A stretch of 64,000 nt of DNA. It comes from Crocinitomicaceae bacterium (GTDB lineage Bacteria > Bacteroidota > Bacteroidia > Flavobacteriales_D > Crocinitomicaceae). Each line of letters starts with the position of its first letter. The stretch's first letter is position 1. Below are positions 26,737-36,757 of this stretch, piece by piece. The stretch is from positions 10,926 to 74,925 of the forward strand of contig JABURP010000067.1 of assembly GCA_014762645.1 (NCBI GenBank). Direction: 5' to 3'. The position numbers and the translations under genes are program-made. The notes under the pieces were generated by a model, which saw only the letters and a list, made by a program, of their open reading frames with translations, searched no databases and was not told the origin of the DNA.

Positions 26737-27933
26737 ATGAATTCAAAGTGGATCTTACTTTCTTTATTCTTCTTATCGATTGCTGCCATAGCTGGTACCA
26801 TGATGAGATTGTCAATATTCACTGACGTATTTATTCCCTACAACAACCTACTTCATGCACATTCACACATTGCCTTCCAGGGTTGGATTTACCTCACTTT
26901 ATTTTTATTAATAACCAAAACTTATTTACCCCAAGATCTCTATAACAGCAACCGCTACCGTTGGCAATTATACTTTACGGTTTTTGTATTATTTGGTATA
27001 CTAATTTCATTCGCGGCACAGGGATACGGATTGGTATCCATTATCTTCTCAAGCCTATTTCAACTACTGAACTATGTTTTTGCCTGGACCTTTCTGAAGG
27101 ACACACGTAAAACTCCGACTGGAAAGAAAAAAAGTATTTCATTAAAGTTTATTCAGGCATCAATAATATTAATGTGTGTATCTACACTTGGCCCCTGGGC
27201 AGTAGCTGTTTTCTCAGCCAATGGCATGGCTCAAACCGAGTACTTTGATGCTTCACTTTATTTTTTCTTTCATTTCCAATACAACGGCTGGTTCAGTTTT
27301 GCCGTGATAGGCTTGTTATTTTATCTGGCAGAAACCAAAGGGTATTCATTCAATAAATCTCATGCCAACAAATCATTTATTTTGTTTAGTTGGACCATTG
27401 TTCCGGGTTATTTACTTTCCCTACTTGGAATGAGCTTTGGGCATTATCTATATCTCCCATCCCTCATAATAGCAATCGGACAATGCCTGGGACTTTATTA
27501 CTTCATCAAATCATGGAAAAGTTCAGGGATTGACAAAGCTACCTGGAAGAATTTGTTGTTGTTCATATTTGTTTGCTGTCTTATTATAAAATTTATATTG
27601 CAACTGAGTTCTGCCATTCCACAATTACAGGAATTTGCTTTTCACAACCGGTTTGTAATAATTGCTTACATCCATTTAACCCTGATTGGGTTTCTGACTT
27701 TTGCTTTACTATTTATCTTAAATAAATTAGGCTGGATAATGAAAAGTAGGATTGGACAATTGTTCTTTATAACCGGATTTATCACCACTGAAATCACGCT
27801 CTTATTCCTGACATTTTCACCGCAACTATCACAGTATCAATTAATGGTGTTTTTTAGCACTTTAATGGTCATTGGTTCTTTGTGGATTCTCATTCGTCAA
27901 TTCTTTTTTCAACCCCACCCGAAAAGAGCGTAA
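26737..27933 (+). CDS. Polytopic (about 12 TM) membrane protein with intramembrane His motifs, possibly NnrS-like
   Basis: LLHAHSHIAFQGW, FFHFQYNGWF, AYIHLTLIGF. Located between narK and the porin gene. The family assignment is weak. Confidence 0.3.
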   Translation: MNSKWILLSLFFLSIAAIAGTMMRLSIFTDVFIPYNNLLHAHSHIAFQGWIYLTLFLLITKTYLPQDLYNSNRYRWQLYFTVFVLFGILISFAAQGYGLVSIIFSSLFQLLNYVFAWTFLKDTRKTPTGKKKSISLKFIQASIILMCVSTLGPWAVAVFSANGMAQTEYFDASLYFFFHFQYNGWFSFAVIGLLFYLAETKGYSFNKSHANKSFILFSWTIVPGYLLSLLGMSFGHYLYLPSLIIAIGQCLGLYYFIKSWKSSGIDKATWKNLLLFIFVCCLIIKFILQLSSAIPQLQEFAFHNRFVIIAYIHLTLIGFLTFALLFILNKLGWIMKSRIGQLFFITGFITTEITLLFLTFSPQLSQYQLMVFFSTLMVIGSLWILIRQFFFQPHPKRA

Positions 27934-28052
27934 CCCTAATAAAACTGACTGCTTCAGAATAGGACAAATGATATCAAAAAAGCTGTCCTAAATCATTTTC
28001 TACGCCAATATTTTCAAGAAACTTTACACCATAAATAGTAAAACAGCAAGTA

Positions 28053-29396
28053 ATGAAAATTTTAACTTCAAGATCAATTCTAACGACACTGTTCACCGTA
28101 TTAGCAAGCGTCAGTTTCTCACAATTGAAAATAACTGGGGAGATAAGGCCCAGAATGGAATACAGACATGGTTTCAAGACACTTCCAGATTCGGGTGCAA
28201 GGCATGCCATTTTCGTTGACCAACGTACACGGCTCAACTTTGACTACGCCAAAAACAAAATTGCCTTCAGAGTTTCTTTGCAGGATGTAAGGGTTTGGGG
28301 TAATCAAAGCCAGTTGGTAGGCAACGAAGATTTCGGAACCTCTATTCACGAAGCGTGGGGGCTGGTAAAATTAACCGATAGCCTTAGCTTGAAGTTTGGA
28401 CGTCAGGAATTAGTATATGACGATCACCGGATTCTTGGTAATGTTGGCTGGGCACAACAAGCCAGAAGCCATGATGCCGCGATATTTCAATGGAACAGAA
28501 ACAAGTTAAAACTACACTTTGGTGGTGCCTACAATCAAAGTGCAGCTAATTTATTTTCGACAAATTACACTGTTTCAAAAAGCTACAAATCAATGCAAAT
28601 GTTATGGGCCAATTACAAATTCAACCCATCCATGAACTTGAGCTTCTTAGCTATGAGTGTAGGTCAGCAGGTAAACTTTACAAACTCTAACGGAGATGCT
28701 GACTATCAGGACAACTATACACTGACAACAGGGACCAGATTTGTTTTTGATAAAAAATCATTTGGTTTTAATTTTAACGGTTATTACCAGTTAGGATCAA
28801 CCAATGAATGGCCGAAAAGAAGTGTAAGTGCTTATGACGTAGGATTAGAAGTCTACTACAAAGTGAAAGAATCCATGAAATTTACATTAGGGCTTGAAAT
28901 GCTTTCTGGAAATAGTCAAACAGATACAACGGCAAGTTATAATGATGTACAGCATGCATTTAATCCATACTTCGGAACAAATCACAAATTCAACGGATTA
29001 ATGGACTATTTCTATGTAGGGAACCACATTGGTAGTGTAGGACTAAACGATTTTTACTTCCGATTTGACTATAAACGAGAAAAATTTAATGCGGGACTCT
29101 GCGCACATGCTTTTATGGCGAATGCCGACATTCTTGATGTTGACTGGCTCATGGATCCAGCAAATACCACCGGTGAAATCAGAGCAATGAGCCCATACCT
29201 GGGTGCTGAAATTGACCTGTTCGGAGGATTTAAAATCGTTGAAGGTGCAAGCTGTAAACTAGGATATTCTCACATGTTGGGAACAAGTTCTATGGAAGCA
29301 CTTAAAGGAGGTGACAGAAATGAAATAGCAAATTGGGGATGGGTAATGATCACACTGAAACCAACCTTATTCGAACAAAAACCAAAAGATAAATAA
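28053..29396 (+). CDS. Outer-membrane porin of the alginate-export family
   Basis: Signal peptide, then ITGEIRPRMEYRHGF, RVWG, and a long aromatic/Gly beta-strand pattern; 447 aa. Confidence 0.65.
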   Translation: MKILTSRSILTTLFTVLASVSFSQLKITGEIRPRMEYRHGFKTLPDSGARHAIFVDQRTRLNFDYAKNKIAFRVSLQDVRVWGNQSQLVGNEDFGTSIHEAWGLVKLTDSLSLKFGRQELVYDDHRILGNVGWAQQARSHDAAIFQWNRNKLKLHFGGAYNQSAANLFSTNYTVSKSYKSMQMLWANYKFNPSMNLSFLAMSVGQQVNFTNSNGDADYQDNYTLTTGTRFVFDKKSFGFNFNGYYQLGSTNEWPKRSVSAYDVGLEVYYKVKESMKFTLGLEMLSGNSQTDTTASYNDVQHAFNPYFGTNHKFNGLMDYFYVGNHIGSVGLNDFYFRFDYKREKFNAGLCAHAFMANADILDVDWLMDPANTTGEIRAMSPYLGAEIDLFGGFKIVEGASCKLGYSHMLGTSSMEALKGGDRNEIANWGWVMITLKPTLFEQKPKDK

Positions 29397-29430
29397 TCTT
29401 CATAGAGGGTGTCTCTTTTCTAAAAAAAAA

Positions 29431-29462
29431 CCTGCAATACTCCTGTGGTATTGCAGGTTTTT
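29431..29462 (+). terminator. Rho-independent terminator closing the narK-porin unit
   Basis: Perfect 10-bp stem CCTGCAATAC / GTATTGCAGG, 7-nt loop, then TTTTT; preceded by an A-run. Confidence 0.85.
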
Positions 29463-29527
29463 ACTGTTGTCAAATCATAAAATTCTGCACAAAATTTCAG
29501 TTAGACTAACAAATATTAGTCTCAATT

Positions 29528-29541
29528 ATGATTTGTATCAT
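29528..29541. promoter_or_regulatory. FNR-type box ATGATTTGTATCAT
   Basis: Perfect match. GAAATTTG (29564-29571) lies 33.5 bp from the dyad centre. Upstream of the hemerythrin-moaA-crp unit. Confidence 0.7.
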
Positions 29542-29598
29542 AATTCGACGCTCAGAAAATGGTGAAATTTGAATATTCACTAACAAATTACTGAGTAA

Positions 29599-30312
29599 AT
29601 GAAAATTGTAGATAAATCAGGAAAGAGAGTTGATGGTAAAGCCTCAAACAAGGCAATCAAGAAGCAGTTGAAAGAAACTGATCCAATCATTAGAAATGCA
29701 GAAAAAGGTGATATAGAGGAATTATCACCCATGGATCCTCCCAGCGGATTTGACGAAGAACGAGTTATTGGAGTTGATTATGAGAACTTCCATGAAAGTC
29801 TGAAGGAGTTTTGTGATGAACACAAAGAGGCACATGCCGTTTGTGAAAGATTTGAAGCAGCACTAAACGATTTCAAAAAAGGAGGATATTATATCACCAC
29901 TGAAATCAATGATGCCTTCAACGAATTTTTTGTAGCCTTTGATGAGGAGGTGATGCCACACAACCGAAAAGAGGAGAAAGGATTATTTATTATCCTTCAG
30001 GAGAAATTATTGGCTTCCGGTGAGCACAGTGTCGGAGATGAAAAGCATACTCCGGTTGATTTAATGGAAGATGAGCATATCAAAATGATTCAGCTTGCTT
30101 CTTTAACATTTAACATGCTTGGTTTGGCAATGAGGCTTAAAGATGAAGTTGATATTGCTATGACTTTTGACCTGGCCTATCACAAGGGGATGGAATTGGT
30201 TGAAATGCTAAAACTGCACATCTTCAGAGAAGATAACACCATCTTCCCTTTAGCGCAGAAACTATTAACCGAAGAGGAATTTGAGAAGTTTTATAATGGA
30301 CAACACCACTAA
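29599..30312 (+). CDS. Hemerythrin (HHE cation-binding) domain protein
   Basis: HNRKEEKGLFIIL, MEDEHIKM, HIFREDNTIFPLAQKLLTEEEF. Confidence 0.7.
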   Translation: MKIVDKSGKRVDGKASNKAIKKQLKETDPIIRNAEKGDIEELSPMDPPSGFDEERVIGVDYENFHESLKEFCDEHKEAHAVCERFEAALNDFKKGGYYITTEINDAFNEFFVAFDEEVMPHNRKEEKGLFIILQEKLLASGEHSVGDEKHTPVDLMEDEHIKMIQLASLTFNMLGLAMRLKDEVDIAMTFDLAYHKGMELVEMLKLHIFREDNTIFPLAQKLLTEEEFEKFYNGQHH

Positions 30313-31294
30313 AATAGTTGATCGCTTTGGTAGGGAACACAAATACTTAAGAATTTCCTTAACAGAACGTTGTAACTTACGTTGTTTTTACTGCATGCCT
30401 GAAGAAGGGGTGAAGCTACGTGAGAAGTCATGTTTTATGACCAGTGAAGAGGTCATTGAACTGGCTGAAAAATTTGTAGCGCTCGGAGTAACCAAAATTC
30501 GACTGACTGGTGGTGAACCGCTTATAAAAAAGGATATTGGGAATATCCTTTCTCAATTGAGTAAGCTGCCAGTTGAACTGGGCATCACTACCAACGGTGT
30601 TTTGGTTGATAAGTACATTGATACCTTTAAGAAAGCCGGAATTAAATCCGTTAATGTCAGCCTGGATTCCTTAAAAGAAGATCGGTTTAATGCCATTTCT
30701 AGAAGAAATTACTTTAATCGGATTAAATCGAATATTGACCTTTTAATTGAGAATGATTTCAATGTTAAAGTCAATGTTGTTCTTATTAAGGATGTAAATG
30801 ATGATGAGATTACAGACTTTATTGACTGGAGCATTATCAAGCCTATTGAAGTACGGTTTATTGAGTTCATGCCCTTTGATGGAAACAAATGGAACTGGGA
30901 TAAATTGGTTTCGAATAAAAAAATTCTTGAGACCGTTCATTCCCACTACGGCGAAGATTATGTAGAAAAAATCAAGGATAAGAAAAACGACACTACCAGA
31001 AGTTATCGCATCAAAAAAGCGAAGGGATCGTTCGGTATTATCAGTTCAATGACCAATCCGTTTTGTGATACATGTAACCGTATCAGGCTTACGGCAGATG
31101 GAAAAATTCGCAATTGTCTTTTTTCAAATTCTGAAGTAGACCTGCTTGGAGCTTTACGCAGAAAACAAAATGTTGAGCAATTGATATTACAATCCATCTA
31201 TAACAAGGAGAAACAACGCGGTGGGATTAACAATTTCGAAACGTCAGATTTCGTTTTAAAGGACGATCGGTCTATGGTAACCATTGGTGGGTAA
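30296..31294 (+). CDS. moaA: GTP 3',8-cyclase (radical SAM Moco biosynthesis protein A)
   Basis: LRISLTERCNLRCFYCMPEEG, RLTGGEPL, C-terminal CDTCNRIRLTADGKIRNC. ATG at 30296 preferred over the listed TTG at 30281. Confidence 0.92.
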   Translation: MDNTTKIVDRFGREHKYLRISLTERCNLRCFYCMPEEGVKLREKSCFMTSEEVIELAEKFVALGVTKIRLTGGEPLIKKDIGNILSQLSKLPVELGITTNGVLVDKYIDTFKKAGIKSVNVSLDSLKEDRFNAISRRNYFNRIKSNIDLLIENDFNVKVNVVLIKDVNDDEITDFIDWSIIKPIEVRFIEFMPFDGNKWNWDKLVSNKKILETVHSHYGEDYVEKIKDKKNDTTRSYRIKKAKGSFGIISSMTNPFCDTCNRIRLTADGKIRNCLFSNSEVDLLGALRRKQNVEQLILQSIYNKEKQRGGINNFETSDFVLKDDRSMVTIGG

Positions 31295-31304
31295 AAAAAT
31301 TTTT

Positions 31305-31964
31305 ATGAATCTATTTTCAAAAAAATATCTAAAAGAGTGGAAGTCTTTTGTTGATCATCATAAAAAAAGCTGCTCCTTTAAAAAAGGTGATGTTATTTTC
31401 TCAGCTGGTGATAAAACAGATGGAATCTACATCATTGATAGTGGCTTTGTAAAAATTACGTATAAGCAGTATGACGGGAATGAATTGCTTATCAGAATAA
31501 CAGGTAAGGGAAATGTTTTAGGGCATAGAGGAATTGGTGGTGATTGGAAATACCCAATTTCTGCTTATGCACTAAGTGACCTTAAACTGTCTTTCATTCC
31601 TATAGACACTTTTAACTCAATTGCTACGACCAATGCTGAATTCTGTTATGAAATGATGATCTTTTTTGCCAATGAACTTAAAAGGTCAGAAAAACGCATT
31701 AGTCAGTTACCTGTTTTAAACAGAATTGCATCAGCCGTCCTTGAGAATTATCAGGTGTTTGGGTTTGATGCGGACGAACCAAATAAGCTTTCATTCACCA
31801 TTAGTCGTAATGATATTTCGAATATGGCCCGAACCACTTATGAATCGGTGATCAGGTCATTGTCAGAATTAAAAAAGATGGGGGTTATAAAACTACAAGG
31901 AAAATCCATCTACATTCTGGACCTCAATAAATTGGAGGAGTTAGCCAATCCAAACGGGAAGTAA
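31305..31964 (+). CDS. Crp/Fnr-family transcriptional regulator without an N-terminal Cys cluster
   Basis: FKKGDVIFSAGDKTDGIYIIDSGFVKI, HTH ARTTYESVIRSLSEL. ATG at 31305 preferred over the listed TTG at 31284. Confidence 0.8.
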   Translation: MNLFSKKYLKEWKSFVDHHKKSCSFKKGDVIFSAGDKTDGIYIIDSGFVKITYKQYDGNELLIRITGKGNVLGHRGIGGDWKYPISAYALSDLKLSFIPIDTFNSIATTNAEFCYEMMIFFANELKRSEKRISQLPVLNRIASAVLENYQVFGFDADEPNKLSFTISRNDISNMARTTYESVIRSLSELKKMGVIKLQGKSIYILDLNKLEELANPNGK

Positions 31965-31990
31965 ATTGAGTTTTTATGCACGATTAAACT

Positions 31991-32004
31991 ATGATATAAG
32001 TCAT
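31991..32004. promoter_or_regulatory. FNR-type box ATGATATAAGTCAT (one mismatch)
   Basis: Lies 50 bp upstream of the phenol-lyase-type gene. Only a weak CATTTTTA sits at the 33.5-bp position. Confidence 0.45.
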
Positions 32005-32023
32005 AGTAATACTATCCAATTAG

Positions 32024-33433
<1,410 letters not shown>

Positions 33434-33457
33434 CCATATATACAAAACATACTTTTC

Positions 33458-34834
33458 ATGAAGCATAAAACAATTATCGAACCTTTTAAGATTAAGTCGG
33501 TTGAGCCAATATCACTGAGCACTGAAGAAGAGAGAAATGCGTACTTAAAAAAGGCCTTCTATAATCCTTTTTTGCTTACCTCTGATCAAGTTATCATTGA
33601 TTTACTTACCGATAGCGGTACTTCTGCTATGAGTGCCGATCAATGGGCCGGAATAATGAAAGGAGATGAATCGTATGCGGGATCTTCTTCATGGAAATCA
33701 ATGGAAGCAGCAGTAAAGCACCTCACGGGTATGGAATTTGTTTTGCCAACACACCAGGGCCGGGCTGCTGAGCGTATAATATATGGCTATTTAGGAGGTG
33801 AAGGAAAAGTCTTTATCAGCAATACACATTTTGACACTACACGTGCCAATATTGAGTATTCCGGTGCTGAAGCCATTGATATTCCTATTCAGGAGTCGTA
33901 TGATACAACCCTTATTCACCCCTTTAAGGGAAATATGGATACGGAACGTTTAAAAGAAATTATTACGGATAGAGGTGCAGAAAATATTGGAGCAGTCATC
34001 CTAACCGTAACGAACAATAGCGGCGGCGGTCAACCGGTTAGCATGCAAAACACAAAGGAGGTAAGCAAAATCTGTAAAGAACACGGAATAATCCTCTTGT
34101 TAGACTGTTGTAGGGTGGCGGAAAATGCGTACTTCATAAAGCATAGAGAAGGAGGTTTTGAGAATAAATCCTACGAAGAAATTGCGCAACAAATGTTTCA
34201 GCTGGTGGATGGTGCTGCCATGAGCTCTAAAAAAGATGCCCTAGTGAATATGGGCGGTTTTTTGACTTTACGTGATAAGGAAATAGCCAAGGCCTGTACC
34301 AACATGCTCATCATCACAGAAGGGTTTTCAACGTATGGTGGGTTATCCGGAAGAGATATGGAAGCACTTGCTATTGGTTTAAAAGAGGTGTTTGACCCCC
34401 ATTATCTGCAGTATAGAATTCGAAGCACCACTTATTTAGGAGAAAAACTAGATGAAATGGGCGTACCGGTAATGCTTCCCATTGGTGGTCATGCGGTTTA
34501 TATAGATGCACAAAAGCTATATCCACATATACCTGCAAATGAATATCCAGGACAGGCACTGGTTTGTCAACTGTATCTCAAAGGGGGGATCCGGTCTGTT
34601 GAAATTGGTTCTGTTATGTTTGGGAAATATGCTGAAGACGGAAACCTTATAGCAGCACCTATGGAACTCGTACGACTAGCAATTCCAAGACGGGTGTACA
34701 CCCAAAGTCATATTGAATATGTCATTGAAACTTTTGATGAAATTTTGAAAGAAGCACCGGAAATTCGCGGTTACAAAATTGTTGAAGAACCAAAGTTTCT
34801 CAGACATTTTACAGCTAAATTCGAAAAGCTTTAA
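33458..34834 (+). CDS. tnaA: Beta-eliminating lyase, tryptophanase type
   Basis: TnaA-type residues in SNTHFDTTR (Asp) and FLRHFTAKF (His), plus HIPANEYPGQALVCQLY and [15 protein letters not shown]. Confidence 0.75.
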   Translation: MKHKTIIEPFKIKSVEPISLSTEEERNAYLKKAFYNPFLLTSDQVIIDLLTDSGTSAMSADQWAGIMKGDESYAGSSSWKSMEAAVKHLTGMEFVLPTHQGRAAERIIYGYLGGEGKVFISNTHFDTTRANIEYSGAEAIDIPIQESYDTTLIHPFKGNMDTERLKEIITDRGAENIGAVILTVTNNSGGGQPVSMQNTKEVSKICKEHGIILLLDCCRVAENAYFIKHREGGFENKSYEEIAQQMFQLVDGAAMSSKKDALVNMGGFLTLRDKEIAKACTNMLIITEGFSTYGGLSGRDMEALAIGLKEVFDPHYLQYRIRSTTYLGEKLDEMGVPVMLPIGGHAVYIDAQKLYPHIPANEYPGQALVCQLYLKGGIRSVEIGSVMFGKYAEDGNLIAAPMELVRLAIPRRVYTQSHIEYVIETFDEILKEAPEIRGYKIVEEPKFLRHFTAKFEKL

Positions 34835-34835
34835 T

Positions 34836-36173
34836 TCACTTTTTTTCTTGCTGATATACAGATTCACCCAGATCTTTGAATAGCTGGTGTACAATAATCG
34901 CCAGGCTAATAAAAAGCAAACAACCCGAGAGAATGAACACGACGAAAATCGGCGAAGAATTCTCATGCATTTGTGCAAAAGATGAGTGTCCGTTTTCTGC
35001 AGACCAAACGGCTTTATAGATGCCCCCGATCACCAAGGACAACCAAAAAATAAAGAGAGATCCGTTGAAGAACAGGAACGCATAGTAAACCAGGGTATTC
35101 TCCACCGTGTTATTTGGATTTAATTTTTTGGCAATAAATGAAACGGATGCCAACAAAATACAGGTGTTAATCCCAATGGTTGTTCCCATAGAATGTGCTA
35201 CTGTGATATGGGTACCGTGTGTATAGTAATTAATTGTCGGTATAGACATAAGTAAGGCCAGCAACAGATTGACAAAGACCCAAAACTCACTTGCCATCAG
35301 AAAACGATAAGGCATGGCGTAAATTTTTCGTTCAGCCTGCCCTAAATTTTTGATAAAGATGTAAACGATATTCAAGAACAAGATCCACTCGGTCATGCTT
35401 ATACCGTAAGCCACATATCGTATCCATGGTGCTGTTGGAACGATATACGTATGATGCGCCCAACCGAACATTAAATTCGTCAATCCTAAAAAGTAGAAAA
35501 AGAACACCTTTTTGCCCCTGGCGAGCTCTCCATCTTTCTTCATTTTTGACATCAGATAAATGGCCGTACCGTATACCAGCATGTTCCAACTCCCCACAAA
35601 AGAGCCGTATGATTTCCACTGAATCGTCAGGTCTTTGATGAAATCACTGCGGATATCTGTAATGGCCCAAAAGTGTGCTTCAGTCAAGTGAAAGATCATA
35701 AATAGTATACCTGTCCCCCACATCCAAAAATATACTGGACCATCTTTGATCTTCTTCCAAACTACTTTGAAATAATTTATCCCAAATAAAACCCAACCAA
35801 GCAACACCGGAATAATAAGCACTGGCAAGAACTCCAGGTATTCTCTACCTCCCATCACACCAAAGATGTAACACATATAAATGACTACTCCCAGGCATAG
35901 AAATAATACCAGATGCGTTTTTTGTAATCTCTCTGAATAGAGCTTCAAACGCTCTACCCTGGTTAAGTAATAATAAATTCCACCTGTAGCTGTAAGCACT
36001 ATCCATGAAACAGCACTTGTTGTATGAATAGGTCGTAACCGGTTAAACGGAATAATGTCTTTAAGCAAATCTGGGTTGATGTACACAATGGATATGATCA
36101 TCCCGATAAATCCTGCAATCAATAAGGCAATTAAACCCGCAAGTAAAAATAGAATAGAGACATTTAATTTCAT
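34836..36173 (-). CDS. norB: NorB-like heme-copper oxidase superfamily subunit I (putative nitric oxide reductase large subunit)
   Basis: 12-TM protein of 445 aa. RPIHTTSAVSW, FHLTEAHFW, GWAHHTYIV and INYYTHGTHITVAH match the recalled cNOR NorB landmarks (VHTN, VHLWVEG, GHHYF, NYYTHGTQLTAAHGH). Confidence 0.6.
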   Translation of the reverse strand: MKLNVSILFLLAGLIALLIAGFIGMIISIVYINPDLLKDIIPFNRLRPIHTTSAVSWIVLTATGGIYYYLTRVERLKLYSERLQKTHLVLFLCLGVVIYMCYIFGVMGGREYLEFLPVLIIPVLLGWVLFGINYFKVVWKKIKDGPVYFWMWGTGILFMIFHLTEAHFWAITDIRSDFIKDLTIQWKSYGSFVGSWNMLVYGTAIYLMSKMKKDGELARGKKVFFFYFLGLTNLMFGWAHHTYIVPTAPWIRYVAYGISMTEWILFLNIVYIFIKNLGQAERKIYAMPYRFLMASEFWVFVNLLLALLMSIPTINYYTHGTHITVAHSMGTTIGINTCILLASVSFIAKKLNPNNTVENTLVYYAFLFFNGSLFIFWLSLVIGGIYKAVWSAENGHSSFAQMHENSSPIFVVFILSGCLLFISLAIIVHQLFKDLGESVYQQEKK

Positions 36174-36181
36174 TGCTTCAC

Positions 36182-36607
36182 TTATTTATACTTGATGGTT
36201 ACCCAACCGTCTTTAGAAAATTCTGAATCATAATTGGGGTAATAGCCCGTTGCGTTTACGTGTTCCAGGTAAGATATTATTGCATTCTGTTCTTCTGTCG
36301 AAAAATCAAACTGAGGCATAGATTTTACACCGCTATTTAGAAAAGTCCTCACATAATCGGACCCTTTGGCTGGGTCAGATATGACATTTGTCAGGTCTGG
36401 ACCAAGATATCCACCCAAACCATACAATTGATGACAAGCCGTACAGTTATTTTCTTGCCATAATTGTTCACCCCGGATAGCTTCTTTCGACATTCTTGGT
36501 GCAGAAGATGAAGATGTCTCTTCCCCCATGTATAGTACGGCATTGTAGACGGTAAAGACACTCACCAATGCAATTAAAACTATAAAATTCCCTTTGCCCT
36601 TGTACAT
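36182..36607 (-). CDS. norC: NorC-like membrane-anchored monoheme cytochrome c
   Basis: TM anchor (FIVLIALVSVFTVYNAVLYM). CTACHQLYGLGGYLGPDLT fits the NorC pattern CxxCH..G.G.Y..PDL. ATG at 36607 preferred because the listed TTG extension (to 36688) contains an FNR-type box. Confidence 0.6.
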   Translation of the reverse strand: MYKGKGNFIVLIALVSVFTVYNAVLYMGEETSSSSAPRMSKEAIRGEQLWQENNCTACHQLYGLGGYLGPDLTNVISDPAKGSDYVRTFLNSGVKSMPQFDFSTEEQNAIISYLEHVNATGYYPNYDSEFSKDGWVTIKYK

Positions 36608-36652
36608 AAATATATCTCCTGCTAAAAATAGTGGTGAATGCGGCCACCAAAA

Positions 36653-36666
36653 ATGATATACATCAT
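36653..36666. promoter_or_regulatory. FNR-type box ATGATATACATCAT shared by divergent promoters
   Basis: Perfect match. TATTTTTA (36623-36630, minus) and GAACTTTG (36689-36696, plus) each lie 33.5 bp from the dyad centre. Confidence 0.65.
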
Positions 36667-36757
36667 ATAAATGCTGATCAATATTCAAGAACTTTGAGTA
36701 AATGAACTTCGACTTGTGGAAACAACAGAAAGAAATGCCAAATTATCGAAAGATTCC

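Noticed and set aside
27960-27990. A hairpin TAGGACA...TGTCCTA after the His-rich membrane protein gene, considered as a terminator.
   Set aside because: It has only a 7-bp stem with a 15-nt loop and no T-run. The downstream porin gene is more likely co-transcribed.
36608-36688. A TTG-initiated 27-codon extension of the NorC-like ORF.
   Set aside because: It contains a perfect FNR-type box and a -7-like element. The in-frame ATG at 36607 gives the same box-to-start geometry as the other units.
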